Below are positions 11,434-23,100 of a stretch of DNA of 64,000 nt, piece after piece. Each line of letters opens with the position of its first letter. The first letter of the stretch is position 1. Under the pieces are notes generated by a model. That model was not told the origin of the DNA. It saw nothing but the letters and a program-made list of their open reading frames with translations, and did no database searches. Source of the stretch: Petromyzon marinus (taxonomy: Eukaryota); assembly GCF_048934315.1 (NCBI RefSeq), contig NC_133691.1, positions 9,183,097-9,247,096 on the forward strand. The letters run 5' to 3'. Made by a program: the position numbers and the translations under genes.

Positions 11434-11869
11434 GTATGTCTCTTTTGCCCTGGTGAGGCACGTCAGTTAAGGTGCACTAGGTCTATTGTGCAGCTCATCA
11501 CTCATTCGTTGCTTACCATTTGTGCGGACCAATGTTTGCATGCCTTTATTTTGTTTTATTCATGTGTGTGCCTGCCACGTGTGCAAACTAATGTTGCGGG
11601 GGTTCTCTATATTTCTCATGATTAATAATTGCATCTAGACGTTTATGACCTAGATAGCGCAATAGTAGTGGTCGTTTATCCAGATTAAGCAGAGTTGATG
11701 GCACGAGTCACTCAACCACCTTGTGTTGTGGCTTGGAAAGTTACCGATGTGTTCCATAGCTTTAAGTTACAAGAGTAGGATTCAAGTTTATTTAATTTAA
11801 CAAGGTAAGAACTCAAGATACCACGTTAGTCTCGTTTGAAAACGTGACCTTGAGTATTATTCTACAAGT

Positions 11870-12135
11870 TAAGGGTGATGATTGTGGCGAGATGTTATTT
11901 CATTCGCCTGGTAAGCAGAAGGTTGTGGGTTCAATCCCGACTCCTGTATATTTGGAGTTTGCATGCTACCTCTCCCCGTGGTAGCGTGGATTTTTCTCCG
12001 GGTCCTCCGGTTTTGCCCTCCGCATTTCGAAACGACATGTGTTTGGATTATTTGGCTGCTACTATAAATTCTCACGTGATGATATAATCCACGTCGATTA
12101 GGTAATGTGTGTGGCCAGGTCACCCCTGAAAAGGA
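11870..12135 (+). mobile_element. tRNA-derived SINE in USB1 intron 2. It has a tRNA-like head with B-box GGGTTCAATCCCG. Its body resembles the conserved central domain of fish SINE families (GAGTTTGCATG...CTCCCCGTG...CTCCGGGTCCTCCGGTTTTGCCCTCC), in diverged form
   Basis: ggtaagcagaaggttgtgggttcaatcccgactcctg...ggagtttgcatgctacctctccccgtggtagcgtggatttttctccgggtcctccggttttgccctccgcatttcgaaacgacatgtg. The family assignment is from memory of the well-known teleost SINE core and is not database-verified. Confidence 0.5.
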
Positions 12136-12875
12136 GTTCATAGCTCAGTTGGCTTTACTTTATTTTCGGTACTGTGCAGATAATTTTTTTACTTGGCCAA
12201 TTTGGACCCTATACACCGGCACATTTTGACCTCTTTCGTATGACGTCAGGGGATCTCTAACGTCCACTGTGAAGCAGACGGCGCGACACGTTTGGTTCGT
12301 AAACCGGCACTAACAAACAGGGCGGCCGCTCATGTGGAAGCGTGAACCACTGCAACAAGTGGCGATCATGCCGCGCTATGGCACTGGCCAGGATATGTAT
12401 ATACTGTATGTTGTTGAACTTCTTTCGTACCGTATGTAGCCAACCGTGCTAATCGAAAGTGCAGGTTCTAAAGGAGCCCCCTACACCCTTACTTTGTGAA
12501 GAGTTATTGCACGTGATTAAAAAAACTGAAGTACTTATACTCGGTTAAAACAATCAGAATTTTGTTACATGCATCTCGAGGAGTCAAATGCAGATTTCAT
12601 CATGTACCAGTATTTCTTGCCTGCAGGGATTATGAGGTGACCATAGCAGCACAGCAAATGGGTTGCTAAGCTATCTGTATAGATTTCTGAGTGTGATGCA
12701 TTTCATCTGAGCTATCCACTATTCTTACCATGCAGAACGCTTGTCTAGGAAAAACAAATGTAATTTGTGTTACTCGTTTAGTAAATACTGCATCACTATT
12801 GTGTTTATTCTGCATTTTGCATTTTTTGTTCACTGAAGCAAAAACGGTAATACACATCCCATGGATCAATTGCAG

Positions 12876-13059
12876 ATTCAGGGGATTCCGACTTTGATGA
12901 GCTGGTGGACCTGGTGTTGAGGCGGCTTTGCGATGTTGGACTGCGCATGAGTAAACAGGAAGACTTCCACATCAGCCTCTCGCAGACGGTGGTTCTGCGC
13001 TACCACTGGATCAACCTCTTCTTGCAAACGTTGAGAGAGCGCCTTGGCTCCTACCACCG
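12876..13059 (+). CDS. USB1: USB1 exon 3
   Basis: Acceptor ttgcag|ATTCAG, donor CACCG|gtgagc. Translation (Y)SGDSDFDELVDLVLRRLCDVGLRMSKQEDFHISLSQTVVLRYHWINLFLQTLRERLGSYHR matches human ...[32 protein letters not shown]. Confidence 0.9.
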
Positions 13060-13394
13060 GTGAGCCGAAATCCACAATTTAAGATGAGTTGTACTGCTAA
13101 TAGTCCCTCATTTTGCAATTAGATGTTGGGCTACATTGTAACTTACCTAACCAGAGGCTGCATAAGAACTGTAACATCCATCCCATGGTTGCCTAATAAG
13201 CAGTTGGTGAGATAACTCCGTGTACCCGACCCTGTAATTATCCGAGCTGCTATATTTCACCTCCTTTCGCCATAGCCCATTGTCTAATATTATTTACACT
13301 TACATTATTTAGTGGGGCACCCCATGCTAATCTAAGTCTCCCGAGTACTGGTTTCAAACCCATCGGAGCACATCATAAAATCCTGAACTAGTCC

Positions 13395-13625
13395 AGACTC
13401 AGCCTTTTTGGCTCAGGGGTAGAGCAAGCAGCTTGTGATCAGAAGGTTGTGAGTTCAAATCCTGGTTGGGGGGTTGACTCTCCCATCATTCCTCTAGGGT
13501 CGATAAAATGAATACCACTTCAACAATGGTTGTCCTATCGGTAGACTCGCTGCTGCCATAGCAATGTGGAATTTCCACCACTGGCTGAGCTGTAAACAGG
13601 AGGTGAGCACTGCCTCCATGCTCAT
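13395..13625 (+). mobile_element. tRNA-derived SINE in USB1 intron 3 (A-box TGGCTCAGGGGTAGAGC, B-box GAGTTCAAATCC). It shares its head with the 11870 copy but has a different body
   Basis: ggctcaggggtagagcaagcagcttgtgatcagaaggttgtgagttcaaatcctggttgggggg... The head segment cagaaggttgtg(g/a)gttcaa(a)tcc is shared with 11900-11925. Confidence 0.5.
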
Positions 13626-13814
13626 ATGAATAGGGAATCACTTTTTGTTCTCATTCAGATCCATTGTGATTGAGCGAGTTGCAAATATCACACTGCTAGA
13701 GGTTTGGTGACTTGGAAAGACCTGTTAAATGTAATAGTTTTGCAACTGCCATTGGAAAAGAAATGCCCCTTGATGCAGATTGGCATGCTAAGTGAATGCT
13801 GCTTGATTCTGTAG

Positions 13815-13868
13815 ATTTAACTGCTTCACCAACAAGGTGAAGGTATATACGAACCAGGAGAGAACCAG
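13815..13868 (+). CDS. USB1: USB1 exon 4
   Basis: Acceptor ctgtag|A, donor CCAG|gtgagc. Translation (R)FNCFTNKVKVYTNQERT matches human FFFTANQVKIYTNQEKT. The phase is consistent with exons 3 and 5. Confidence 0.9.
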
Positions 13869-14357
13869 GTGAGCAGCGCAGACACCCTGTGACACACGGA
13901 CACCGTTCTGGGAAACTAACGGTGCAGTCGGTTCATATTTGTGCAAAACTTATGTGTTATCTGTTGATAATATAATTGGTAAGTTTCTGCTTCAGAAACT
14001 AGCGTAGAATAAGAGGTTAAAATTAATTCATAACAATTTTCCTGAAGGCCAGTTGGCTGTAATGTCTACCTTCATTTCCTCTGTGACAAAAAAATAAACG
14101 TCCGCTATTATTTTAGTTAACCTCTAATATTGTCAGTGCAAGAAACAGTAGTGGAAATAAAATAAAATAAGAATGATGTATAGTTATATATCGTTATAAT
14201 TTGTTGAACTTAAAAAAGTAATTTGCTGTATTGTTGGATGGTATTTCTATTGCTTGCCAGTTTCCAAAATATACAAATTTCATGAAAATGTGTGCACATT
14301 TATAAACTTGACTGAGTGTACGTACCAACATTAATCAGTACAACCATCCAAATGGCT

Positions 14358-14595
14358 TGATTTGAAACTTTCGTGACTGCAGGAATCCATACTCTTTGGT
14401 TCTTTCTGTAAAGTCACATAGGTAAAAAAAAAAAATCCAGCTGTGGAACTGTTGGATTATTATTTTTTCCGCCTGAGGACGACCGCTTGTGTTGCGATTG
14501 AAACATCGTGATATATTATTTTGTATTTAATTTTTCTACCTACGTGACTTTACCGAAAGAACCAAAGAGTAGCCTACTGGCTGCAGTGCAATTAT
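14358..14595. mobile_element. Short PLE-derived hairpin element: a pair of pLTR arms in inverted orientation enclosing a plus-sense hammerhead
   Basis: gaaactttcgtgactgcaggaatccatactctttggttctttctgtaaagtcacatagg ... ctacgtgactttaccgaaagaaccaaagagta are mutual reverse complements. Confidence 0.7.
14469..14510 (+). ncRNA. Type I hammerhead ribozyme core (plus-sense; N7=G variant CUGAGGA)
   Basis: CCUGAGGA-CGACCGC-UUGUGUU-GCGAUUG-AAAC-AUCGUG. Position 7 of the CUGANGA box is variable in hammerheads. Stem II is only partly complementary. Confidence 0.45.
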
Positions 14596-14923
14596 TCTGT
14601 AAGCTTGCAAGTACTACAGCGTTTATTTCCATAAGCATCGTCATCATCACCCATGGTGAGTTCACTGCTGGCTGAAAACCTCCCCAAACCCTTTCCACTT
14701 CTCATGATCCTGCAATGTAATAATCCAACGAGCACTTGCACAACAGCTGATATTAATGCTCCCATCTCCGTTTTCGGACATCCTCTTAGAAGTGTACCAT
14801 ATTTCAAGAATAGGAAGTTTAACTTTTTAAAAATGTGTATATCGTACTGATCTGTTGGACTTGAATTGTCTCAGCGTACCAAGTCACGACGTGCAGAGTG
14901 ACTCCTCGGTGGTCCCTGTGCAG

Positions 14924-15029
14924 GACTTTCTTGGGGCTAGAGGCAACGCGAGGGCAGCAGGACTTGCTGGGGTTGGTGACAGAGATCGATGGAGCAATGC
15001 AAGAGTTCCAGCTGCAGACATTTTTCAAG
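14924..15029 (+). CDS. USB1: USB1 exon 5
   Basis: Acceptor ctgtgcag|G, donor TTCAAG|gtgcct. Translation (R)TFLGLEATRGQQDLLGLVTEIDGAMQEFQLQTFFK matches human [36 protein letters not shown]. Confidence 0.9.
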
Positions 15030-15218
15030 GTGCCTGACAACTACCGTTTCGCAAGGATGATTTGAAATTGCATTGAGTGTAAAACATCATCATTTAGACG
15101 TTTTTTTAGCATACACTGTAATGGCAAGTTGTGCATGTGTATAGAGTAATAGACTTTTTTTCATTTGTGTAATGTGTGTGTTCATTTTATGCGTGTGTGT
15201 TGATGTTATGTGCTATAG

Positions 15219-15302
15219 GACACGTCGTTCCACATGAGTCTGGCGTGGTGTGTTGGAGATTTGTCAGACCGTTTCAACCAGGACCTTATAAACCAGTTAC
15301 AG
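15219..15302 (+). CDS. USB1: USB1 exon 6
   Basis: Acceptor ctatag|G, donor TTACAG|gtcagc. Translation [28 protein letters not shown] matches human [28 protein letters not shown] (the C-terminal HxS/T motif of the 2H phosphoesterase fold). Confidence 0.9.
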
Positions 15303-15877
15303 GTCAGCTTTCCTTCAAGGCCCTGCTGTGATTTCCCATGGACCACTCACAGCGAGTTTGCATATCCCAAGTCATGTTGAGTACAATCAAACACAGGGGT
15401 CCATCGTCATTTCTTTTTTTGGCTTAAACCATCTTATGCAATCAACTCCTTTCAACCTTGAAAGTTACGTTGAATTGAAAACCATTTTAATGACAAATAA
15501 TAAACACTTGTGGGACATTGGGCTAGTGATTATAGCCGTTTTAAGAATCACTTGGGAACATGATCCTCAAAGTCAAAGCACCCATGGTGTGAGACACACG
15601 GAGCATGGGGCTCTGAGCATGTTTGTGTTGCCTTCCACTGGTTTATGGAAATTAAGCGTAAGATTCCAGCGGGCTCTTGAGGCAGCAAACTGGTGCTGCA
15701 GTTGCTCTATTACCCATTGAAAAATATAAAACTTTACCATTATAAAAAATATATAATAATCCAGAATTGTTATCTGCAAGGTGAATCGCCAAAAACTTCA
15801 GAATTTGTCCAAAGTGGAATAATCGTACTGCTTGTGGAGATTTAAAAGCCCTAACAATAGCTCGTTTTCCTTCTCAG

Positions 15878-15982
15878 GATGTGGTGGATGAGTTTGAGGA
15901 CAGCCCACGTTTGCTGCGCATCCACGCCGAGCAGCTTGTGTGCAAGACAGGACACAAGCTGCACCCTGTACCACTAAGGTAG
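15878..15982 (+). CDS. USB1: USB1 exon 7 (terminal; stop TAG at 15980-15982)
   Basis: Acceptor ttctcag|GAT. Translation DVVDEFEDSPRLLRIHAEQLVCKTGHKLHPVPLR* matches human [34 protein letters not shown]. Confidence 0.9.
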   Translation, partial: DVVDEFEDSPRLLRIHAEQLVCKTGHKLHPVPLR

Positions 15983-16522
15983 CGCCGGTGTGCCTCGTAG
16001 CCGTACAACGTGCTTCGTAATTGGCCAGTGATGGGCAACCCAGATGAAGTTAGTGAGCCACGTGGCCACATGAGAAGCCCTCCTTCACCTCAGTGGGCCA
16101 CAAGCTTGACATCATACTTGTGCACTAATTATGACCACGCGCATCACCCGAGACACTGAGACCAGGCCACCACGAGAGGCTTCACGGGTCGCAGGTTGCC
16201 CACCGCTGGCCTATACGGTCACTCCGGTTGCGCAATCCACGTGCATCCCGATCAGCTGCTGGTGCTGTGTAAAAAAGCGACGTAAATGATGCAACACTTT
16301 GGAGGTGAGGGGTCCCGGATCACTTGTTTGTGAACCACCCAAACCCGCTGGCTGTAGGGTGGCCAGAAGTATAGTAGTACTGCTAGTGGATTTATAAACC
16401 TATCTGTGAAGACCTTTTGAGTGTTATACCCTTGTCTGTATGGTTTCGTCTGGGTAATATGATTTCCTCCCATTTATAAAACACTCTTTCCATAGGGTGT
16501 TTAGAATCTGGAGAATACAGTA

Positions 16523-16528
16523 ATAAAC
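16523..16528 (+). other. Candidate USB1 polyadenylation signal AATAAA (alternative at 16705-16710)
   Basis: First AATAAA hexamers 3' of the stop at 15982. No EST support is possible here. Confidence 0.2.
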
Positions 16529-17165
16529 TCCCCTTATTTGATTTTCAAGTAATTCAGAAACTGCAAGGGATAGAAGGCCAGGCCTTGAGAGAGCAGGACA
16601 ATGGGAATGTCGTGTGCTCTTGATTTTCATTCTGGATCATCAGACCTTTATGCGATCATTGTTCATGTAGAAAATAATGCCACTGCATGATGCTTGCACA
16701 GAAGAATAAAATGTTGCTGTTTTTTCCATCTTACCTGTTACTCCCCTCTCTCTGGTGATCCTCAATAATGCCTTACTAGATCGTAAAGTGTTCATTTGGT
16801 TTTTTGCAGGGATACATAAAGCGACTTCACATTATTGGCACTGAAATATATGTTATATAATAAATGTTTACTGTGTAAACAATCACAAACTTGTTTTCAA
16901 AGGTGTGTTTTCTTGCTGCACAAATGACCATTTGCTCTAAGCTTGTCTACAAATCACATCTTTTGCGGGCACTGCACTTAGTACTCACTACACCCGTGGA
17001 TTCATCTACTCCTGGGTCCAGTCCTCTGCACGCCCTTGTTTTAGTAGATAAACAAACAGCGCTTGAGCGTTTCACATTCTGGACTTCATTTACACCACTC
17101 TTTTACTGGTCACACCAGCCCACAGGGGATGATTGTGTCCATCCGTCCGTCGTGCATCCAAAAAT

Positions 17166-20100
17166 GGGAGGGGTGGGGCTGAGTGGAGAGGGGAGGGTGG
17201 GGAGGGAGAGGCTGGGTGGGGAGGGGCTGGGCTGGGAAGGGTGGGAGGGGTGGGAGAGGTCGGTGGGGTGGGGCTGGGTGGGAGGGGTGGGAGGGGTGGG
17301 TGGGGGTGGGTGGGTGGGATTGGGCTGGGTGGGTGGGGTTGGGCTGGGTGGGAGGGGTGGGAGGGGTCGGTGGGGTGAGGCTGGGTGGGAGGGGTGGTGG
17401 TGGTGGGTGGAGTGGGTGGGGTGGGAGGGGTGGGGTGGGGCTGGGTGGGAGGGGTGGGGTGGGGCTGGGTGGGAGGGGTGGAGTGGGGCTGGGTGGGAGG
17501 GGTGGAGTGGGGCTGGGTGGGAGGGGTGGAGTGGGGCTGGGTGGGAGGGGTGGAGTGGGGCTGGGTGGGAGGGGTGGAGTGGGGCTGGGTGGGAGGGGTG
17601 GAGTGGGGCTGGGTGGGAGGGGTGGAGTGGGGCTGGGTGGGAGGGGTGGAGTGGGGCTGGGTGGGAGGGGTGGAGTGGGGCTGGGTGGGAGGGGTGGAGT
17701 GGGGCTGGGTGGGAGGGGTGGAGTGGGGCTGGGTGGGAGGGGTGGAGTGGGGCTGGGTGGGAGGGGTGGAGTGGGGCTGGGTGGGAGGGGTGGAGTGGGG
17801 CTGGGTGGGAGGGGTGGAGTGGGGCTGGGTGGGAGGGGTGGAGTGGGGCTGGGTGGGAGGGGTGGAGTGGGGCTGGGTGGGAGGGGTGGAGTGGGGCTGG
17901 GTGGGAGGGGTGGAGTGGGGCTGGGTGGGAGGGGTGGAGTGGGGCTGGGTGGGAGGGGTGGAGTGGGGCTGGGTGGGAGGGGTGGAGTGGGGCTGGGTGG
18001 GAGGGGTGGAGTGGGGCTGGGTGGGAGGGGTGGAGTGGGGCTGGGTGGGAGGGGTGGAGTGGGGCTGGGTGGGAGGGGTGGAGTGGGGCTGGGTGGGAGG
18101 GGTGGAGTGGGGCTGGGTGGGAGGGGTGGAGTGGGGCTGGGTGGGAGGGGTGGAGTGGGGCTGGGTGGGAGGGGTGGAGTGGGGCTGGGTGGGAGGGGTG
18201 GAGTGGGGCTGGGTGGGAGGGGTGGAGTGGGGCTGGGTGGGAGGGGTGGAGTGGGGCTGGGTGGGAGGGGTGGAGTGGGGCTGGGTGGGAGGGGTGGAGT
18301 GGGGCTGGGTGGGAGGGGTGGAGTGGGGCTGGGTGGGAGGGGTGGAGTGGGGCTGGGTGGGAGGGGTGGAGTGGGGCTGGGTGGGAGGGGTGGAGTGGGG
18401 CTGGGTGGGAGGGGTGGAGTGGGGCTGGGTGGGAGGGGTGGAGTGGGGCTGGGTGGGAGGGGTGGAGTGGGGCTGGGTGGGAGGGGTGGAGTGGGGCTGG
18501 GTGGGAGGGGTGGAGTGGGGCTGGGTGGGAGGGGTGGAGTGGGGCTGGGTGGGAGGGGTGGAGTGGGGCTGGGTGGGAGGGGTGGAGTGGGGCTGGGTGG
18601 GAGGGGTGGAGTGGGGCTGGGTGGGAGGGGTGGAGTGGGGCTGGGTGGGAGGGGTGGAGTGGGGCTGGGTGGGAGGGGTGGAGTGGGGCTGGGTGGGAGG
18701 GGTGGAGTGGGGCTGGGTGGGAGGGGTGGAGTGGGGCTGGGTGGGAGGGGTGGAGTGGGGCTGGGTGGGAGGGGTGGAGTGGGGCTGGGTGGGAGGGGTG
18801 GAGTGGGGCTGGGTGGGAGGGGTGGAGTGGGGCTGGGTGGGAGGGGTGGAGTGGGGCTGGGTGGGAGGGGTGGAGTGGGGCTGGGTGGGAGGGGTGGAGT
18901 GGGGCTGGGTGGGAGGGGTGGAGTGGGGCTGGGTGGGAGGGGTGGAGTGGGGCTGGGTGGGAGGGGTGGAGTGGGGCTGGGTGGGAGGGGTGGAGTGGGG
19001 CTGGGTGGGAGGGGTGGAGTGGGGCTGGGTGGGAGGGGTGGAGTGGGGCTGGGTGGGAGGGGTGGAGTGGGGCTGGGTGGGAGGGGTGGAGTGGGGCTGG
19101 GTGGGAGGGGTGGAGTGGGGCTGGGTGGGAGGGGTGGAGTGGGGCTGGGTGGGAGGGGTGGAGTGGGGCTGGGTGGGAGGGGTGGAGTGGGGCTGGGTGG
19201 GAGGGGTGGAGTGGGGCTGGGTGGGAGGGGTGGAGTGGGGCTGGGTGGGAGGGGTGGAGTGGGGCTGGGTGGGAGGGGTGGAGTGGGGCTGGGTGGGAGG
19301 GGTGGAGTGGGGCTGGGTGGGAGGGGTGGAGTGGGGCTGGGTGGGAGGGGTGGAGTGGGGCTGGGTGGGAGGGGTGGAGTGGGGCTGGGTGGGAGGGGTG
19401 GAGTGGGGCTGGGTGGGAGGGGTGGAGTGGGGCTGGGTGGGAGGGGTGGAGTGGGGCTGGGTGGGAGGGGTGGAGTGGGGCTGGGTGGGAGGGGTGGAGT
19501 GGGGCTGGGTGGGAGGGGTGGAGTGGGGCTGGGTGGGAGGGGTGGAGTGGGGCTGGGTGGGAGGGGTGGAGTGGGGCTGGGTGGGAGGGGTGGAGTGGGG
19601 CTGGGTGGGAGGGGTGGAGTGGGGCTGGGTGGGAGGGGTGGAGTGGGGCTGGGTGGGAGGGGTGGAGTGGGGCTGGGTGGGAGGGGTGGAGTGGGGCTGG
19701 GTGGGAGGGGTGGAGTGGGGCTGGGTGGGAGGGGTGGAGTGGGGCTGGGTGGGAGGGGTGGAGTGGGGCTGGGTGGGAGGGGTGGAGTGGGGCTGGGTGG
19801 GAGGGGTGGAGTGGGGCTGGGTGGGAGGGGTGGAGTGGGGCTGGGTGGGAGGGTGGAGTGGGGCTGGGTGGGAGGGGTGGAGTGGGGCTGGGTGGGAGGG
19901 GTGGAGTGGGGCTGGGTGGGAGGGGTGGAGTGGGGCTGGGTGGGAGGGGTGGAGTGGGGCTGGGTGGGAGGGGTGGAGTGGGGCTGGGTGGGAGGGGTGG
20001 AGTGGGGCTGGGTGGGAGGGGTGGAGTGGGGCTGGGTGGGAGGGGTGGAGTGGGGCTGGGTGGGAGGGGTGGAGTGGGGCTGGGTGGGAGGGGTGGAGTG

Positions 20101-23100
20101 GGGCTGGGTGGGAGGGGTGGAGTGGGGCTGGGTGGGGAGGGGTGGAGTGGGGCTGGGTGGGAGGGGTGGAGTGGGGCTGGGTGGGAGGGGTGGAGTGGGG
20201 CTGGGTGGGAGGGGTGGAGTGGGGCTGGGTGGGAGGGGTGGAGTGGGGGCTGGGTGGGAGGGGTGGAGTGGGGCTGGGTGGGAGGGGTGGAGTGGGGCTG
20301 GGTGGGAGGGGTGGAGTGGGGCTGGGTGGGAGGGGTGGAGTGGGGCTGGGTGGGAGGGGTGGAGTGGGGCTGGGTGGGAGGGGTGGAGTGGGGCTGGGTG
20401 GGAGGGGTGGAGTGGGGCTGGGTGGGAGGGGTGGAGTGGGGCTGGGTGGGAGGGGTGGAGTGGGGCTGGGTGGGAGGGGTGGAGTGGGGCTGGGTGGGAG
20501 GGGTGGAGTGGGGCTGGGTGGGAGGGGTGGGAGTGGGGCTGGGTGGGAGGGGTGGAGTGGGGCTGGGTGGGAGGGGTGGAGTGGGGCTGGGTGGGAGGGG
20601 TGGAGTGGGGCTGGGTGGGAGGGGTGGAGTGGGGCTGGGTGGGAGGGGTGGAGTGGGGCTGGGTGGGAGGGGTGGAGTGGGGCTGGGTGGGAGGGGTGGA
20701 GTGGGGCTGGGTGGGAGGGGTGGAGTGGGGCTGGGTGGGAGGGGTGGAGTGGGGCTGGGTGGGAGGGGTGGAGTGGGGCTGGGTGGGAGGGGTGGAGTGG
20801 GGCTGGGTGGGAGGGGTGGAGTGGGGCTGGGTGGGAGGGGTGGAGTGGGGCTGGGTGGGAGGGGTGGAGTGGGGCTGGGTGGGAGGGGTGGAGTGGGGCT
20901 GGGTGGGAGGGGTGGAGTGGGGCTGGGTGGGAGGGGTGGAGTGGGGCTGGGTGGGAGGGGTGGAGTGGGGCTGGGTGGGAGGGGTGGAGTGGGGCTGGGT
21001 GGGAGGGGTGGAGTGGGGCTGGGTGGGAGGGGTGGAGTGGGGCTGGGTGGGAGGGGTGGAGTGGGGCTGGGTGGGAGGGGTGGAGTGGGGCTGGGTGGGA
21101 GGGGTGGAGTGGGGCTGGGTGGGAGGGGTGGAGTGGGGCTGGGTGGGAGGGGTGGAGTGGGGCTGGGTGGGAGGGGTGGAGTGGGGCTGGGTGGGAGGGG
21201 TGGAGTGGGGCTGGGTGGGAGGGGTGGAGTGGGGCTGGGTGGGAGGGGTGGAGTGGGGCTGGGTGGGAGGGGTGGAGTGGGGCTGGGTGGGAGGGGTGGA
21301 GTGGGGCTGGGGGTGGGAGGGGTGGAGTGGGGCTGGGTGGGAGGGGTGGAGTGGGGCTGGGTGGGAGGGGTGGAGTGGGGCTGGTGGGAGGGGTGGAGTG
21401 GGGCTGGGTGGGAGGGGTGAGTGGGGCTGGGTGGGAGGGGTGGAGTGGGGCTGGGTGGGAGGGGTGGAGTGGGGCTGGGTGGGAGGGGTGGAGTGGGGCT
21501 GGGTGGGAGGGGTGGAGTGGGGCTGGGTGGGAGGGGTGGAGTGGGGCTGGGTGGGAGGGGTGGAGTGGGGCTGGGGTGGGAGGGGTGGAGTGGGGCTGGG
21601 TGGGAGGGGTGGAGTGGGGCTGGGTGGGAGGGGTGGAGTGGGGCTGGGTGGGAGGGGTGGAGTGGGGCTGGGTGGGAGGGGTGGAGTGGGGCTGGGTGGG
21701 AGGGGTGGAGTGGGGCTGGGTGGGAGGGGTGGAGTGGGGCTGGGTGGGAGGGGTGGAGTGGGGCTGGGTGGGAGGGGTGGAGTGGGGCTGGGTGGGAGGG
21801 GTGGAGTGGGGCTGGGTGGGAGGGGTGGAGTGGGGCTGGGTGGGAGGGGTGGAGTGGGGCTGGTGGGAGGGGTGGAGTGGGGCTGGGTGGGAGGGGTGGA
21901 GTGGGGCTGGGTGGGAGGGGTGGAGTGGGGGCTGGGTGGGAGGGGTGGAGTGGGGCTGGGTGGGAGGGGGTGGAGTGGGGCTGGGTGGGAGGGGTGGAGT
22001 GGGGCTGGGTGGGAGGGGGTGGAGTGGGGCTGGGTGGGAGGGGTGGAGTGGGGCTGGGTGGGAGGGGTGGAGTGGGGCTGGGTGGGAGGGGTGGAGTGGG
22101 GCTGGGTGGGAGGGGTGGAGTGGGGCTGGGTGGGAGGGGTGGAGTGGGGCTGGGTGGGAGGGGTGGAGTGGGGCTGGGTGGGAGGGGTGGAGTGGGGCTG
22201 GGTGGGAGGGGTGGAGTGGGGCTGGGTGGGAGGGGTGGAGTGGGGCTGGGTGGGAGGGGTGGAGTGGGGCTGGGTGGGAGGGGTGGAGTGGGGCTGGGTG
22301 GGAGGGGTGGAGTTGGGGCTGGGTGGGAGGGGTGGGAGTGGGGCTGGGTGGGAGGGGTGGAGTGGGGCTGGGTGGGAGGGGTGGAGTGGGGCTGGGTGGG
22401 AGGGGTGGAGTGGGGCTGGGTGGGAGGGGTGGAGTGGGGGCTGGGTGGGAGGGGTGGAGTGGGGCTGGGTGGGAGGGGTGGAGTGGGGCTGGGTGGGAGG
22501 GGTGGAGTGGGGCTGGGTGGGAGGGGTGGAGTGGGGCTGGGTGGGAGGGGTGGAGTGGGGCTGGGTGGGAGGGGTGGAGTGGGGCTGGGTGGGAGGGGTG
22601 GAGTGGGGCTGGGTGGGAGGGGTGGAGTGGGGCTGGGTGGGAGGGGTGGAGTGGGGCTGGGTGGGAGGGGTGGAGTGGGGCTGGGTGGGAGGGGTGGAGT
22701 GGGGCTGGGTGGGAGGGGTGGAGTGGGGCTGGGTGGGAGGGGTGGGGTGGGGTGGGGCTGGGTGGGAGGGGTGGAGTGGGGCTGGGTGGGAGGGGTGGAG
22801 TGGGGCTGGGTGGGAGGGGTGGAGTGGGGCTGGGTGGGAGGGGTGGAGTGGGGCTGGGTGGGAGGGGTGGAGTGGGCTGGGTGGGAGGGGTGGAGTGGGG
22901 CTGGGTGGGAGGGGTGGAGTGGGGCTGGGTGGGAGGGGTGGAGTGGGGCTGGGTGGGAGGGGTGGAGTGGGGCTGGGTGGGAGGGGTGGAGTGGGGCTGG
23001 GTGGGAGGGGTGGAGTGGGGCTGGGTGGGAGGGGTGGAGTGGGGCTGGGTGGGAGGGGTGGAGTGGGGCTGGGTGGGAGGGGTGGAGTGGGGCTGGGTGG

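Noticed and set aside
12878-13075. Minus-strand ORF of 65 aa
   Set aside because: It is antisense to USB1 exon 3, which has a clear ortholog alignment on the plus strand.
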